DNA from: Octopus vulgaris
Taxonomy: Eukaryota
Reading direction: 5' to 3'
DNA length: 64,000 bases
Assembly: GCA_951406725.2 (NCBI GenBank)
Contig: OX597832.1
Span: forward strand, 68,386,001 to 68,450,000
Shown: in pieces, positions 52,091 through 64,000 of the stretch
Position numbering within the stretch: the stretch's first letter is position 1
Layout: each line of letters starts with the position of its first letter
Made by a program: the position numbers and the translations under genes
The notes under the pieces: model-generated
Told to the model about the DNA's origin: nothing
What the model saw: the letters and a program-made list of their open reading frames with translations, nothing else
The model's database searches: none

Positions 52091-53103
52091 ATAGTCATAA
52101 CTGCATGCATATATGTGTATATTTTTGTTGCACCTCATTATATATCTTGTGCTAATCTATTCTTGAGCAGTAATTTCGGAGGGAGGGATTTCATTGAAGC
52201 CAACCACCTCAGTCTTTGACTAGTTCTATACCTTATTGACCCTAGAGTGATAAAAGAACAAATGTGACCCCAGAAGGAATCGAACTGAGAACATCAACAC
52301 TCAGAAAACATGCTACAAAGCATTTTATCCAAAACTCTAATGACCCTCTTCCTTCACCACCCTCATTTGAGAAAATAATGGAGAGCAGAATTCTTCAAAT
52401 GTGATCAGATGCAATTTACTTTGACAGAATTAATAGGAAAGCTGTGTTTCCTGAGGTTTTCTAAGGCCACTAATGTTTATAGAACCCCTTTTGACCTCTT
52501 CCGTTAACCTCTGGAATGGCTCGATATTGACCTTCACTGCTTAGCTGTATTCTGAACAATTATTTACACAATGTCGGATAACATCGATGTCTACACACAC
52601 CAGCTACAAGTTGTAAGAGACAGAAGTAACAATTCATTACATAACTATAATACCACTGGTTTAACGAGATAAGACAATAAATAAACAAATACATACAAAT
52701 AAAAACAACTCACAAAGTTGACATTAAAATGTTATTATATATACAAAGCTGACATTTTCATACAAAAGAACCCCCATATAAGTGTCTCTTAACATTTACG
52801 TTTGAAGCAGGCGATGGTTTGGCAGAAATGATACAGTCTCAGAGTATAAGTAGCAGACAATAAAAATGACATTCACTGACATAGAAAAGGATGACTGGGT
52901 GAAAATTAGAGAGACACAGTGTCGTTGTTCTTAAGCCCAAGCAAAGATCTCCTTGGAAAGAACGAATGTATTCTAGCACAACCTACTTGTCTATTATTCA
53001 AAGGCATTGATGATATGATCTAATGTGTACTTGTAATCATTTAAGGCAGTATGGTTTGATATGAGGGAGATTTGGCTGCAGATAAAGGAGTGACAGCAGA
53101 TGA

Positions 53104-53325
53104 TGTGTTGTTAGAAAAGAGTACGATTGATTGAATGTAGTCGATGGTATACTGGTAGAAATAAATATGTGACAAATTAAATGTAGCCAACACTATATTG
53201 GTAGAAATATAAATGTGACAGCTTAAATGTGGTCGAAAATGTGTCAGTTGAAATAAGAGTATAACAGACTAAATGTAGGAGGCAATGTGTCAGGAGAAAT
53301 ACAAATATGTAAGTCTAAATATATC
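53104..53325. repeat. Degenerate 46-bp minisatellite, about five units
   Basis: Units start at 53148, 53194, 53240 and 53286 (exact 46-bp period), with a partial unit from 53104; shared gaaat..aaatgt.g frame. Confidence 0.7.
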
Positions 53326-53439
53326 AGGATAGAAAAGAAAGAGCCACACAGTAAATATATCAAAATATGTTTTGTTAAAGACTGAAATACTAAGTTACTA
53401 TTGTTGCTTATCGCCAAATTAGTAATTTCTTTTGTTTTG

Positions 53440-53717
53440 TTTTTTAGTTTAGTATTTATTCCCTCAGATTCTTTAGGCAAACTGCTAAGTTACAATGATG
53501 TATAGAAACCAACAGAGGTTGTTAAGTGGTGGAGGAGACACACGCACACACATACATGACAGGCTTCTGCATAGTTTCCAAAATTCACTCATAAAGCATT
53601 GGTCAAGCTGGAGCAATAGTAGGGAACACTTGCTTAAAGTGCCACCCAATGGAACTGAACATGAAATCACATGGCTTCAAAGCAAGTTTCCTAACCACAC
53701 AGCCATGTGTTTGCACC
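53440..53717 (-). mobile_element. SINE family A, degraded
   Basis: aaactgctaagttac..gacaggcttct..aacacttgc..gtgccac..ggaactgaac..aaccacacagccatg. Confidence 0.72.
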
Positions 53718-55114
53718 CATCTGGAAGAAGTAAAACCTCTGAGCTGGAAAACCATTCTAAAGAAACATATCTGCGTGTATTCTATTCGAATTAAAGACAT
53801 TTTTCAGCTAATCACAACTTTTATAAACATCAATGTATAATTCTTTAACTTCATTTGTAATTAACTTCTATCAAGTTAATTACAGGAATTTTCCAACATG
53901 ATGACAATGATCTCCAAACAAGTGTTAAGCTCAGGTACTTTTGTCAAAATGCTGTCTTTGTTATAATTTGACTGATTTAGAAATATAAAGTTATTTATTT
54001 TGTTATAAACAAGACCCTGCTCTATCCCACCACCCTTTTCGCTCATACCTTAACGATAATCTCTTAACATGAAGCCCACAGCCCCATCAGCTTTTGAAGT
54101 CTTGCTGATTGCACGGTACCCTCACTAATGCTGGTGGCATGCAAAAATAAAAAGCACTTTTTCTGTAGTCATAGCAGAGTGCTTGACATTAATTAAAACA
54201 AACATCCAGGCATAAAAACCATGTTAAAGCAAAGAATGGTGCATGAATGATGTCCTTGAATCCATTAGATTCTGTCAAACTGTGCAACCTATGCCAGCAT
54301 GGGACAGGAATGATGATGATGACGATAGTTAAATTTAATTAAGCCTACCAACATTGAAGATTTTAGAAAAATCTGTTCCACATCACTATTCTATTTTATG
54401 TAGCTGTCAGCCTGCTTAGGAAAGTTGTGGTGTAAAATGTTAAGTTCAACTTAATGTTGCCTTGCAGTCCACAGTAAAAGAAAATGTTTCTCACAAAGTC
54501 CTACTCTTTGCAGACGTAAATGTGCACAACAAAGTTGCAAACTAGACTTCCGCAAGATGTGACATCATCACAAACTTGATTAACCGACACAGCTTGTATC
54601 ATTTGGTAGACTTTAGCCAAGAAAGAAGTACTAAAAGTGCAGATTACATTTTTTTATATTTTTTGTTTTTGTTTTTTTATAATTTGCATTCTCAACTTGA
54701 ATGTGAGAAATAAGTTCCATCACTTGCAGCCAGCCATGCATCTCACCTGCATGCACTCATCTTGTTCAACACAGACCCATTACACATCAGTAAAGTACAA
54801 GTATTTATGCTGTGAGCAATTTCCATGTCATGTGACATCTCTGAAACTTCACAGAGTGTTTGTCTTTCCCCATTCTGTGTCTTTATAGGTTAAAATAAAA
54901 TATAGCTGGGAACTGCTGCTGATGCTCCTCCTATTACTACTACGATGATGCTGACGACAATGACAGCAACAACGACAACAATTATTTACTGGTATCTTTC
55001 CTGAAAATGAAAACCTTTTGAATGATATATCAGCATCATCATCATCCTCATCATTGTAGAATCTATAAGTACTAATAGAGTGTAGAATAACAACTAATTA
55101 GAGATAGCCAAGGT

Positions 55115-55151
<37 letters not shown>

Positions 55152-55935
55152 GGGGAATATCGAGATAGAAAGAGAGAGAGAAAGAAAGACAGAAAGAAAG
55201 AAAGAAAGAAAGAAAAAGAGAATTGGTAAGAGAGAGAGAAAAAGAAAGAAAGGGCTTTGAGGATTCAGTTCAAATTAAAAAATAAAATAACTGATATTAA
55301 ATTGTGCCATTTCAGGATAGCAATTGACCTGAGGCACTAACTCAAAAATATCTCAAAAAAGAAACCTTTGAGATTTTTGCTTTGACATAATCTACTGAAG
55401 CATCTCAAAATATTCTCCTCAGCTTGTAACAGAGTTTTTGGCATGAATTTTATTCACACACACACACACACACACATGCATGCATGCCTGGGCGCACACA
55501 CATGCACATACACACACACATGCATACGTAAATACACGCATACAAAAATACACCTTTAAGAAGACAAGTCCACACCATATTGCTTAGTGTCTTTCAAATT
55601 TATCTAAATTATTATATAGCAGAGAAAGGAAAAATCAGAAAAGAAGAAAAGAAAAAAAGAGGAGGAAGAGGGAGAAGATGTAGAAGAAGGAAAAAAACAA
55701 GCATTATTGTTATATTTAATATAAAATTTTGCCATAGGCAAGTAAACTTTAATTTCCATGAAAACTAAATTAACCTAACTTGGACCTCACTGCAAACAAG
55801 ACCACAACTTTCAAATATCCATCCATCCATTTAATCTCTGCAATGAGTGATGTATAACATGCATGCATGTATAAATACATGATGATGATGATGATGACGA
55901 CGATGATGATTATATATAAACATCTATCTACTCAT

Positions 55936-55991
<56 letters not shown>

Positions 55992-56006
55992 TATATATAC
56001 ACATAT

Positions 56007-56038
<32 letters not shown>

Positions 56039-56495
56039 GTATGTATGTATGTATATATATATGTGTGCGTGTGTGTGTGTGTGTGTGGATGGGTGTGTGT
56101 GTGTGCGTTTGTGTAGCTCAGTTTATTTGTGGAAGAAATGAAAGACGTATGAGTGCCAACTCGATGCCTTCAATGGTTATTAAATTCCGCAAAAATGAAA
56201 CAAATTTATTGCAATCTACAATGAATGTTAGCTTTGCCGTTGAGCCATGTTGGTTGGGCTTCTGATAAAAATTGGATATTTAAATATTTCATGTAATTTT
56301 TTCTCTTTTTACTCTTTGCTTTGTAAATAGAATTAATATGGTCCCAGTGGTTGCATGGAAGATTTCTTTGCAACAGCAGAAGGGAAGCAGATGTCTGGAA
56401 TAAATAGAGTTTCAATTCTCAAGAAAACATAAGATATTCTATTTAATCATAAGCATAAATTGCTGTTGCTTGAGGTGAGATAATACACTACTGCC

Positions 56496-56537
<42 letters not shown>

Positions 56538-56568
56538 GTAGTAGTAATTATAATAATAATAATAAATA

Positions 56569-56980
56569 GGCGCAGGAGTGGCTGTGTGGTAAGTAGCTTG
56601 CTAACCAACCACATTCTTCCGGGTTCAGTCCCACTGCGTAGCATCTTGGGCAAGTGTCTTCTGCTATAGCCCCGGGCCGACCAATGCCTTGTGAATGGAT
56701 TTGGTAGACGGAAACTGAAAGAAGCCTGTCGTATATATGTATATATATATGTGTGTGGGTGTATGTATTTGTGCGTCTGTGTTTGTCCCCCTAGCATTGC
56801 TTGACAACCGATGCTGGTGTGTTTACGTCCCCATCACTTAGCGGTTCGGCAAAAAGAGACCGATAGAATAAGTACTGGGCTTACAAAGAATAAGTCCTGG
56901 GGTCGATTTTCTCGACTAAAGGCGGTGCTCCAGCATGGCCACAGTCAAATGACTGAAACAAGTAAAAGAGAGAAAAGAGA
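56569..56980 (+). mobile_element. SINE family A, full length, well preserved
   Basis: A box tggctgtgtgg, B-box-like gggttcagtccc, CORE-like atcttgggcaagtgtc, internal (TA)(TG), tail gactgaaacaagtaaaagag. Confidence 0.93.
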
Positions 56981-56987
56981 GAGAATC

Positions 56988-57152
56988 CTTTCTACTATAG
57001 GCACAAGACCTGAAAATTGGGAAAAAGGGGTTAGTCAATAACATCAACCCCAGTGTTTAACTGGTACTTATTTTATTGACCCTGAAAGGATGAAAGGCAA
57101 AGTCAACCTAAACAGAACCTAATCTTTGAACATAAGGACAGACGAAATGCCT
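56988..57152 (-). mobile_element. SINE family B, partial
   Basis: ctttctactataggcacaag..ctggtactta..gaaaggatgaaaggcaaagtcaacc..gacagacgaaatgcc. Confidence 0.8.
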
Positions 57153-57169
57153 TGGAAAGCTGGAGGTGA

Positions 57170-57420
57170 AGTTGTTTCATGAAAACATCTACTACTATTC
57201 CATGGAAATCCCTCAAATGTTTTGGCAAGGCATTAAATAGCTGTGGCCCTTAAATCCCAAGCTACAGCAGTGACGTCCAGTTCGGGGGCTGGTATAGTTC
57301 TCTCTTTCAAAGTTTGGTGTCAGCCCCTCCAGGATCTTCTATACATATATCCCTGCATACCTCTCTCTTCTTCACTCCAGGGAGTAGAGTCATAGCTCTT
57401 TCAATCTTATTTATCTTTGG
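57170..57420 (-). mobile_element. CR1/L2-group LINE C-terminal fragment, decayed
   Basis: LKEL*LYSLE*RRERYAGIYV*KILEG-LTPNF..SPRTGRHC..SLGFKG-QLFNALPKHLRD. Confidence 0.78.
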
Positions 57421-60064
57421 ACTGTCAAGTCCAATACAAGTTCTAAACAATAAGCATGTGAGAACTCAAAGCTAGATGACTTCTCTTCTTATTCCTCCTC
57501 ATCATCATAGTTTTAATGTCAACTGAGTCATGCTTGCCTGGATCAAAGGGAGTTTGTTGGGTCATCATTGTTAGCTATCTTTGCAATTCAGAAATGGATT
57601 TCTCAGTTTTATTTATTCATTTTCCTTTAACAACAGATATATACTATACATTGTTGTCATTATGAACATTGCTTAGATACAAGATCGTCTTTGACAGCTG
57701 ATGGAGCAAAGGGATTTCAATACCTTTAATTAAAGGTTTGCTGGGTCAGAGCTAACAGTTAAAAAGGAAAAAGAAAAGTTAAAGCACAGAGCAGTAAGGG
57801 ATGTCATTGAAAAAGAAATCATAGCCTATCAGTCATATTGTGTTAGATCCATGACCAATATATTCAAATCTAAGGAAACATTCCCATCCAACCATAATTT
57901 GGTAACATCAGCCCATATAATTAACTGTAATAGACTGCTGTGTAGATAATCTACAGCATTAAGCTAGTGAAGTTGGAGGGGGGTGTGCTTGATTGGCAGA
58001 ATCGCTAGAGCATGAAATAAAATAATTTTTGGCATTTACTCATTGGACCATGACTTCAGATCCTGCTATGGTCATATTTGCTTTACATGTTTGAAGGGTC
58101 ATTAAAGTATTGGGGGTCAAACGTATCACCCCTTTTCCCCCCTCTTCACTTGTCTGACTCCTGTGCCTACATAGGGATTACTATTACTAAACCAGAGCAG
58201 GAAGGTGGAATCTGTATAGTTAATCACTTCACTAAGAAACTGCTACTAAATTCCCCTCAAACCATACCTCCTTCAAACTGCATCCCTTGAGTAACACATT
58301 ACTATTTTAAAATGCAGAGATACATTGGATGATGTAGTCCTTGGTACGCTGACATTTTATTTGAATAAATCACGGCACAGAACTGGTTAGAAACATATTA
58401 GATAAAATGCCTGTCAATGTTAATCTGTCTCTGCTGTGGTTGTACATTCTTCATAACCCCACCCCTTCCCCTCCCTGGAAAATGCAATCTACTGGGACAG
58501 CAGCATACAGCGCATAGATTTACCTGGTGGTGTGGAGGCTGGCTGGCAAAATGGCTGGGTTTCAGTTTCCTCATCCCATGTTTTATTTTCCTGAATCAGT
58601 ATAGGACACCAGCATCTGAGAAGTAATTCTTTTTCAAAGACAGTAAAATGTGGTTTGATCAGAGATTTAGCTACTACTACTAGCAAATCGATTGACCAAG
58701 GGACATACCATGAAGCAAAGGGAGATTTTGAACATGGTACCAGTTGTGGAAGCTATGAGTTCCATTCCTCCCTACCAAAGAGCCAGTTGCTTGCTCTACT
58801 TAATGACAAAGTAATAACATTTATGAGAGTGTAGCAAAGAGCAGCACTCACAGCACAAAGGGAATCGTTATCTTGTATATTGGTGTGAAAAATCATCTGT
58901 CACACGGAATATCTATCTTATCTGTTCATTACAGGGAAGACAACTAAATGAAAATTATTAGTAAGCAAGATTAAAATGTGACAAGAATCAATAAAGATTT
59001 AGACTTCGTGATTTCAGTTACAGATATAGACATGAAATCCATCAAGTATTCTTCCCCGAAGGAATGATTACCATTTCCAAATATCTCCTCATTTCTCCTC
59101 TCTTTGTGGCTGCTTCATTATAGAAAAGCTAGTTAAAATTGAATCGGTTCTGACATGAGATAATATTCCTGATATCTGAACTCATATATCAAATTCAAAT
59201 GGAAATGAAAATTATAATTCTAAACACGTTTTTGGTTTGTTTTGTTCAACTTGATGTGCTCACTTGATGCTGGTGTAAAATTTAATTGTGATTAATATAA
59301 ATCTACAAAGAAATACAATAAGCACAAAGTAAACATAAAATAAATATAATAAATAAAATAAAATGTTTAAAAAAAAATGACCGAGCTTGAAAGAAAGCAA
59401 ATTATAATAAAACTAGTTAATAGTGATTAGTTATGTTACATTTAATAACAATACCTAAATAGCAATCGATTTAATATTACATACAAAAGCACCATTAAGT
59501 ACAGTGACAGCAACTGCATATAAATATTGGTATTTTAAGATTCATATGTTCTGTAACCTTTTGTGTTGATTCCATTTCTCGATTGCCTCTGGATTTTATA
59601 TTCTTGTATGCATATTTATAGCCACAGACACCAGATTCAATAGAATGGTACCATACTGTGATTCTCATCCTATCGAAAGATTTTCAGCCAATTATTTCAT
59701 TGATATTAAAAGAAGGTGCAAAGTTAATCGGATGTATGTGGAGGTAACTGTTACATAACCTAATATCACAAAGCACCAGTTCTATCATGCATGTGAGCAC
59801 AAGGTTAAGATGCTGGGTTCACAACAGAAGGGCTGTGGGTTTGACCAGAGGGCTTCTATTCATCTTGCTCCACTCTACTAGTAATCCTTGCTCCCCCAGT
59901 AGAGAAATGAAGTCAGTGGTTTTTACTAGACCCTTCCCCTCAAAGTTACTTGCACTTCAGCCTTAATTAGAAATGATTTTTACAAAATGATAATGTCAAT
60001 AAAATTTCACATAACTGCATGTATGTAAATATATTTATTTCCACATACATACATACATACATAC

Positions 60065-60400
60065 GGGTTATTGGTTCGAGCATCGGCCTCACAATCATGA
60101 GGTAGTGAGTTCAATTCCTAGAAGAGACTGTGTATTTTGTGCTTGAGCAAGATGCATTATTTCATGGTGCTCCATTTCACTCAGTAGCAGAAACAAATTC
60201 TGACACCACTGGTGCTAAGCTGTATTGGCCCCTTTGCCTTTCCCTTGGAAAACATTGGTGGCATAGAGAGAGAGAGAGAGAGGGTGGTATGCATGGGCGA
60301 CTGCTGGTCTTCCATAAACAACCTTGCCTGGACTTGTGCCTCAGAAGGTAGCTCTCTAGCTGCAATCCCATGGCCATTCATGACCAAAGGGGTTCTTTTA
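60065..60400 (+). mobile_element. tRNA-headed SINE-like repeat
   Basis: tggttcgagcatcggcctcacaatcatgaggtagtgagttcaattcc head with B-box-like gttcaattcc, then gtgcttgagcaag; lies between (TACA)n and AT-rich repeats. Confidence 0.55.
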
Positions 60401-60584
60401 TTTCATATGCACATACATGAAACTGTGTATATATATGCATTCATTAATGCATGTATACATCTGTACTATCTGCCACTGTGCAATCACTACGTTCTGTATT
60501 AGATTACAGCACATTCTATTTATACACAAACACACACACACACATACACACACACTTATATACGCACTTATACACACACACACA

Positions 60585-60830
60585 TTCTTTTATTGTTTTA
60601 CTTGTTTCAGTCATTTGACTGCAGCCATGCTGTAGCACTGACTTTAGTTGAGCAAATCAACCCCAGGAATTATTCTTTGTAAGCCCAGTACTTATTCTAT
60701 CATTCTGTTTTGCCGAACTGCTAAGTTACGGGGACATAAACACACCAGCATCGGTTGTCAAGCGATATTGGGAGCAAACACATACACACAATCATACACA
60801 CCCCCACACACACACATATATACGATGTGC
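60585..60830 (-). mobile_element. SINE family A 3' half
   Basis: tttacttgtttcagtcatttgactgcagccatgct..gccgaactgctaagttacggggac..gcatcggttgtcaagc. Confidence 0.88.
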
Positions 60831-61279
60831 TTCTTTATATATATTTATATATAATACTTTGTAAGATGACACAAAAGCATGTACTGGTTATATAGCAGCA
60901 CAAAAAAGTCCGCAAGTGCTGCATTATCATTGATAAAGGACACACATTTGATTAATTAATTTATTAATTAGTTAATTAACTTACAATCTAACTGAATTGA
61001 AATACAATCAGTACATGTGCTTAATTCCACTGTAAGCAGATCAGAAAGAATAACAATGAAGTTTCAGCTCATAATTTCACATCACAAAACAAATTCAAAA
61101 ACCCTCTGTATGCCTCTGTGTGTATGTATGTATATATGTGTGTGTGTGTGTGAGTGAGTGTGTGTGTCTGCATGTGTGTATGTACACTTACACATGAATA
61201 TATGCATATATAAATATATACATTTATAATTGTATATCATCATCATTGTTTAACATCTGTTTTCCATGCTGTCATGGAT

Positions 61280-61418
<139 letters not shown>

Positions 61419-61639
61419 CCTTCTCGCTTAGCCAGCGGGGTGGCATCATTCGAAGGCTAAAACAATGTGAACGCATTGTGACCAGCGATGTGTAACTACA
61501 TCTGATGGACTGGTCGGTCACGTGATATCACGTGATATATATATATATATATTTAGTTAGAGAGAGAGTGGGGAGAAAGAGAGAGAGAGAGAGTTCTTGA
61601 AAGAAACAAAGCAAGTATGTTTTGCTGGATGTACAATAT

Positions 61640-61935
61640 CATTGTGCATGTATGACAGAGCATAGATAGATGCAGACTGGCCAGAGGAGGCACCAGTTAT
61701 GGTAGGCAAGAGAGATGACTGTGCTGGTATGATCATGTGATGTATATTTACAAGGAGAGTTGTGTAAAGAAGTGCCAGACTCTAACTGTGGTGGGAACCT
61801 AAGGAATAGGTATACCCAGGAAGACATGGAACAAGGTGGTAAAGCATGTTCTTCAAATCTGGAGTCTGATGGAGGCAAAAGCAAGTGATTGTGACCTTTG
61901 GCAATTTGCTGCACATGAGAAGGATCATCAAGCCA
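61640..61935 (+). mobile_element. RTE-clade LINE 3' fragment, decayed
   Basis: RQER*LCWYDHVM..ESCVKKCQTLTVVGT*GIGIPRKTWNKVVK..DLWQFA (GRPRKTW-like motif). Confidence 0.75.
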
Positions 61936-62191
61936 AGGGAAACCGAAATCATAGACAGTGTCAGTGACACGTAACAGAATCCATGCTGAGGACATGTAAA
62001 GGGCACCCACTAGACTCTCGGATGGTTGGTATCAGAAAGGGCATCTATCTGTAGAAACCGTGCCAAAGTCTGGATCCTGGTGCAGCTTTCTGGACATGCC
62101 ACTTACAGTCAAACCATCTAACCCATGTTAGTATGGAAAGCAGATGTTAAACGATGATGGTGATGATGATTATGATGATGATATATATATA

Positions 62192-63068
62192 CAGGGTGCG
62201 ATGGGTAAATTATCGCTATTTTATATTTTTGATTTAGTGCATGCACTTTGTTCTTTATTTTGTTGTCTATACAGCATAGCAGGGTCAGTTGGGTACTGTC
62301 TGTGAGGAAAACAGACCCATGATGCAATTCATTCTGCTAGAAATTTGAAAATAACATGCTGTACTGTTTGGCATTTGCACCTGAAACTCCAATACGAACA
62401 TTTCAGAGTGTTTGGGTATCAATCTGAAAACAGTGCAATCTGAGGACATGTACCAACAGTGATAAAAATCAAACATCCAGCCAACATCATGCTGTCTAGA
62501 GTGACCACAGGTGATGGCAGTGTTATGCCTCTATTCATCTTCCCACATGACCTCACACTCAATACAGAGTCCTACATCAAGTGCCAGGAGGAAGTAGTGC
62601 TGCCTTGGGTCAAGATTGTGGATGCTGGAAGGCCTTATGTCAGGCAACTGGACTCTGTACAATGCCACACAAGCAGAAGACCCAGTTATGGCTGTCTGAC
62701 AATTTCTGTGACCACATTACCCCTAACATTTGGCCACCTAACTCCGAAGAATTCATCCCTTGATAATTATATGTAGAGCACAGTTGAGACTAACAAAACT
62801 CCTTGTAATACCAAAGATGAACTGAAGACAAGAATTATGACAGTATTCACCATCATAAACAAGGACACCATCCAGAAGAGTTGCAGGATATTCCGAAGTC
62901 GTCTGGAAGCCATAGTTGATGCCAATGGTGATTTTATAGAATGAATTTACTCTTTAGTATTTCAAGATATTTTTATGTAATTTTGGTAAAATATATCTGT
63001 TAAAATGAGATGTCAATGTTATTTTCATTTTTGCGTTATTTAGGCAACAGTTTATTCACCACACCCTA
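62192..63068 (+). mobile_element. Internally deleted Tc1/mariner DD37D (maT-like) transposon with imperfect TIRs and TA flanks
   Basis: ta|cagggtgcgatgggtaaat ... gtttattcaccacacccta|ta. Transposase remnant KHPANIM..GSVMPLFIFP..VVLPW..LDSVQCHTSRR/TQLWLSDNFCDHITPNIWPPNSEEFIPLD has 37 residues between the last two Asp after repairing one frameshift, and ends FRSRLEAIVDANGDFIE*. Confidence 0.88.
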
Positions 63069-63279
63069 TATATGAATATATATATATATAAGGCTGGTTT
63101 ATGGTATTATTTTAGGTTTCACGTCCATAAATGGCCTGGCTTTAGGGCATATCATCAGATCCCAAAGCCTGTCTAGGCCTCTCTAGAATATGAAGGTGGA
63201 AATTAGCTTATTACTCAATGCAGAGCAAAACAGGCAAGGATCCTAAAGGACTCCCTCAATCCGGGAGACATTCTGAACA

Positions 63280-64000
63280 TCCCGTCAAATGCTTTCTCCA
63301 CATCAACGAAAGCCAGGTACAGAGGTTAATCTTTGGCTAGGTATTTCTCCAGCAGCTATGTCCTATCAGAAATATAGCATTGGTGGTGCTTTTCCCTGGC
63401 ACAAACCCAAACTGCATCTCATCTAAACTGACTTACTCCCTAATTAGTTGGGCTATGACCCTCTTTGTGACCTTCATTACCTGATCCAACAACTTGATAC
63501 CTTTGATATTATTTGTATCTAAAGCGTCACCTTTACCTTTGTAGCAGTTGACTATAGTGCTGCTACACCAGTCATTGGTTAAGACTCCTTCCTGTATCAC
63601 CTGGTTAACTACATGGGTGACTAGGCTATAACCAACACCGCCAGATATTTTGGGCATCCCTGCGGTGATTCCTGATGGGCCAGGGGATTTCCCTATCTTC
63701 ATACTCTTAATTGCTTTATCTACCAAGGTACTGTCAACTCGGATAGCTGGTCCCTCTGTTGGGTCAACATTCGGCAGACTCTCTTTATCCCATTCATTTT
63801 CTTTATTCACCAACCTTTCATAGCGGCGTCTCCAAATCTCTCTCTTTGCAGCGTTGTTTAGTGCAAGTGAACCATCTTCCATGCAGACACATTTTTCTCC
63901 TACGACATCATGATTGTCTCTCACACACTGTCTTGCAACACGAAATACTTCAAGTCTTTGGTCGTCACGGTGCAGAACATTGGCAAATTTTTTTCTTATC
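63280..64000 (-). mobile_element. RTE-clade LINE reverse transcriptase N-terminal region (runs off window), with stops
   Basis: KAIKSMKIGKSPGPSGI..DWCSSTIVNCYKGKGDALD.NNIKGIKLL..QFGFVPGKSTTNAIF..LYLAFVDVEKAFD (RT domains 0-3). Confidence 0.93.

Noticed and set aside
53104-53325. Possible CRISPR-like periodic repeat
   Set aside because: Whole units are homologous, with no constant repeat plus unique spacer, no cas genes and a eukaryotic context.
56569-56650. tRNA gene
   Set aside because: A/B boxes belong to a multi-copy SINE head; no proper cloverleaf or terminator.

Overview
AT-rich eukaryotic DNA with no recognisable intact protein-coding gene. The repeat content (very dense (TA)n/(CA)n/(TAA)n/(CAT)n microsatellites and several tRNA-headed SINE families) resembles octopus/coleoid cephalopod genomic DNA, most likely a large intron or intergenic region; this is pattern recognition, not a search result. 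Nearly all listed ORFs are microsatellite or antisense-repeat artefacts. Real coding traces are decayed mobile elements: a Penelope-like RT, four R4/Dong-type (RLE) non-LTR pieces, two L1/Tx1-like pieces, two CR1/L2-type 3' ends, three RTE coding pieces plus a short RTE-derived element, and two Tc1/mariner remnants (one DD37D with TIRs and TA flanks). The most interesting signal is a set of short, ORF-less, microsatellite-embedded cassettes of several unrelated families. Each carries a minimal type I hammerhead ribozyme with a palindromic stem III: near-intact at 10648-10695, 18261-18308 and 34144-34250, and decayed at about 4000, 10164, 17987 and 44772. Two of them sit next to fold-back inverted repeats. 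Weak candidate exons of a minus-strand spliced transcript and two candidate cis-regulatory motif clusters are also reported at low confidence.
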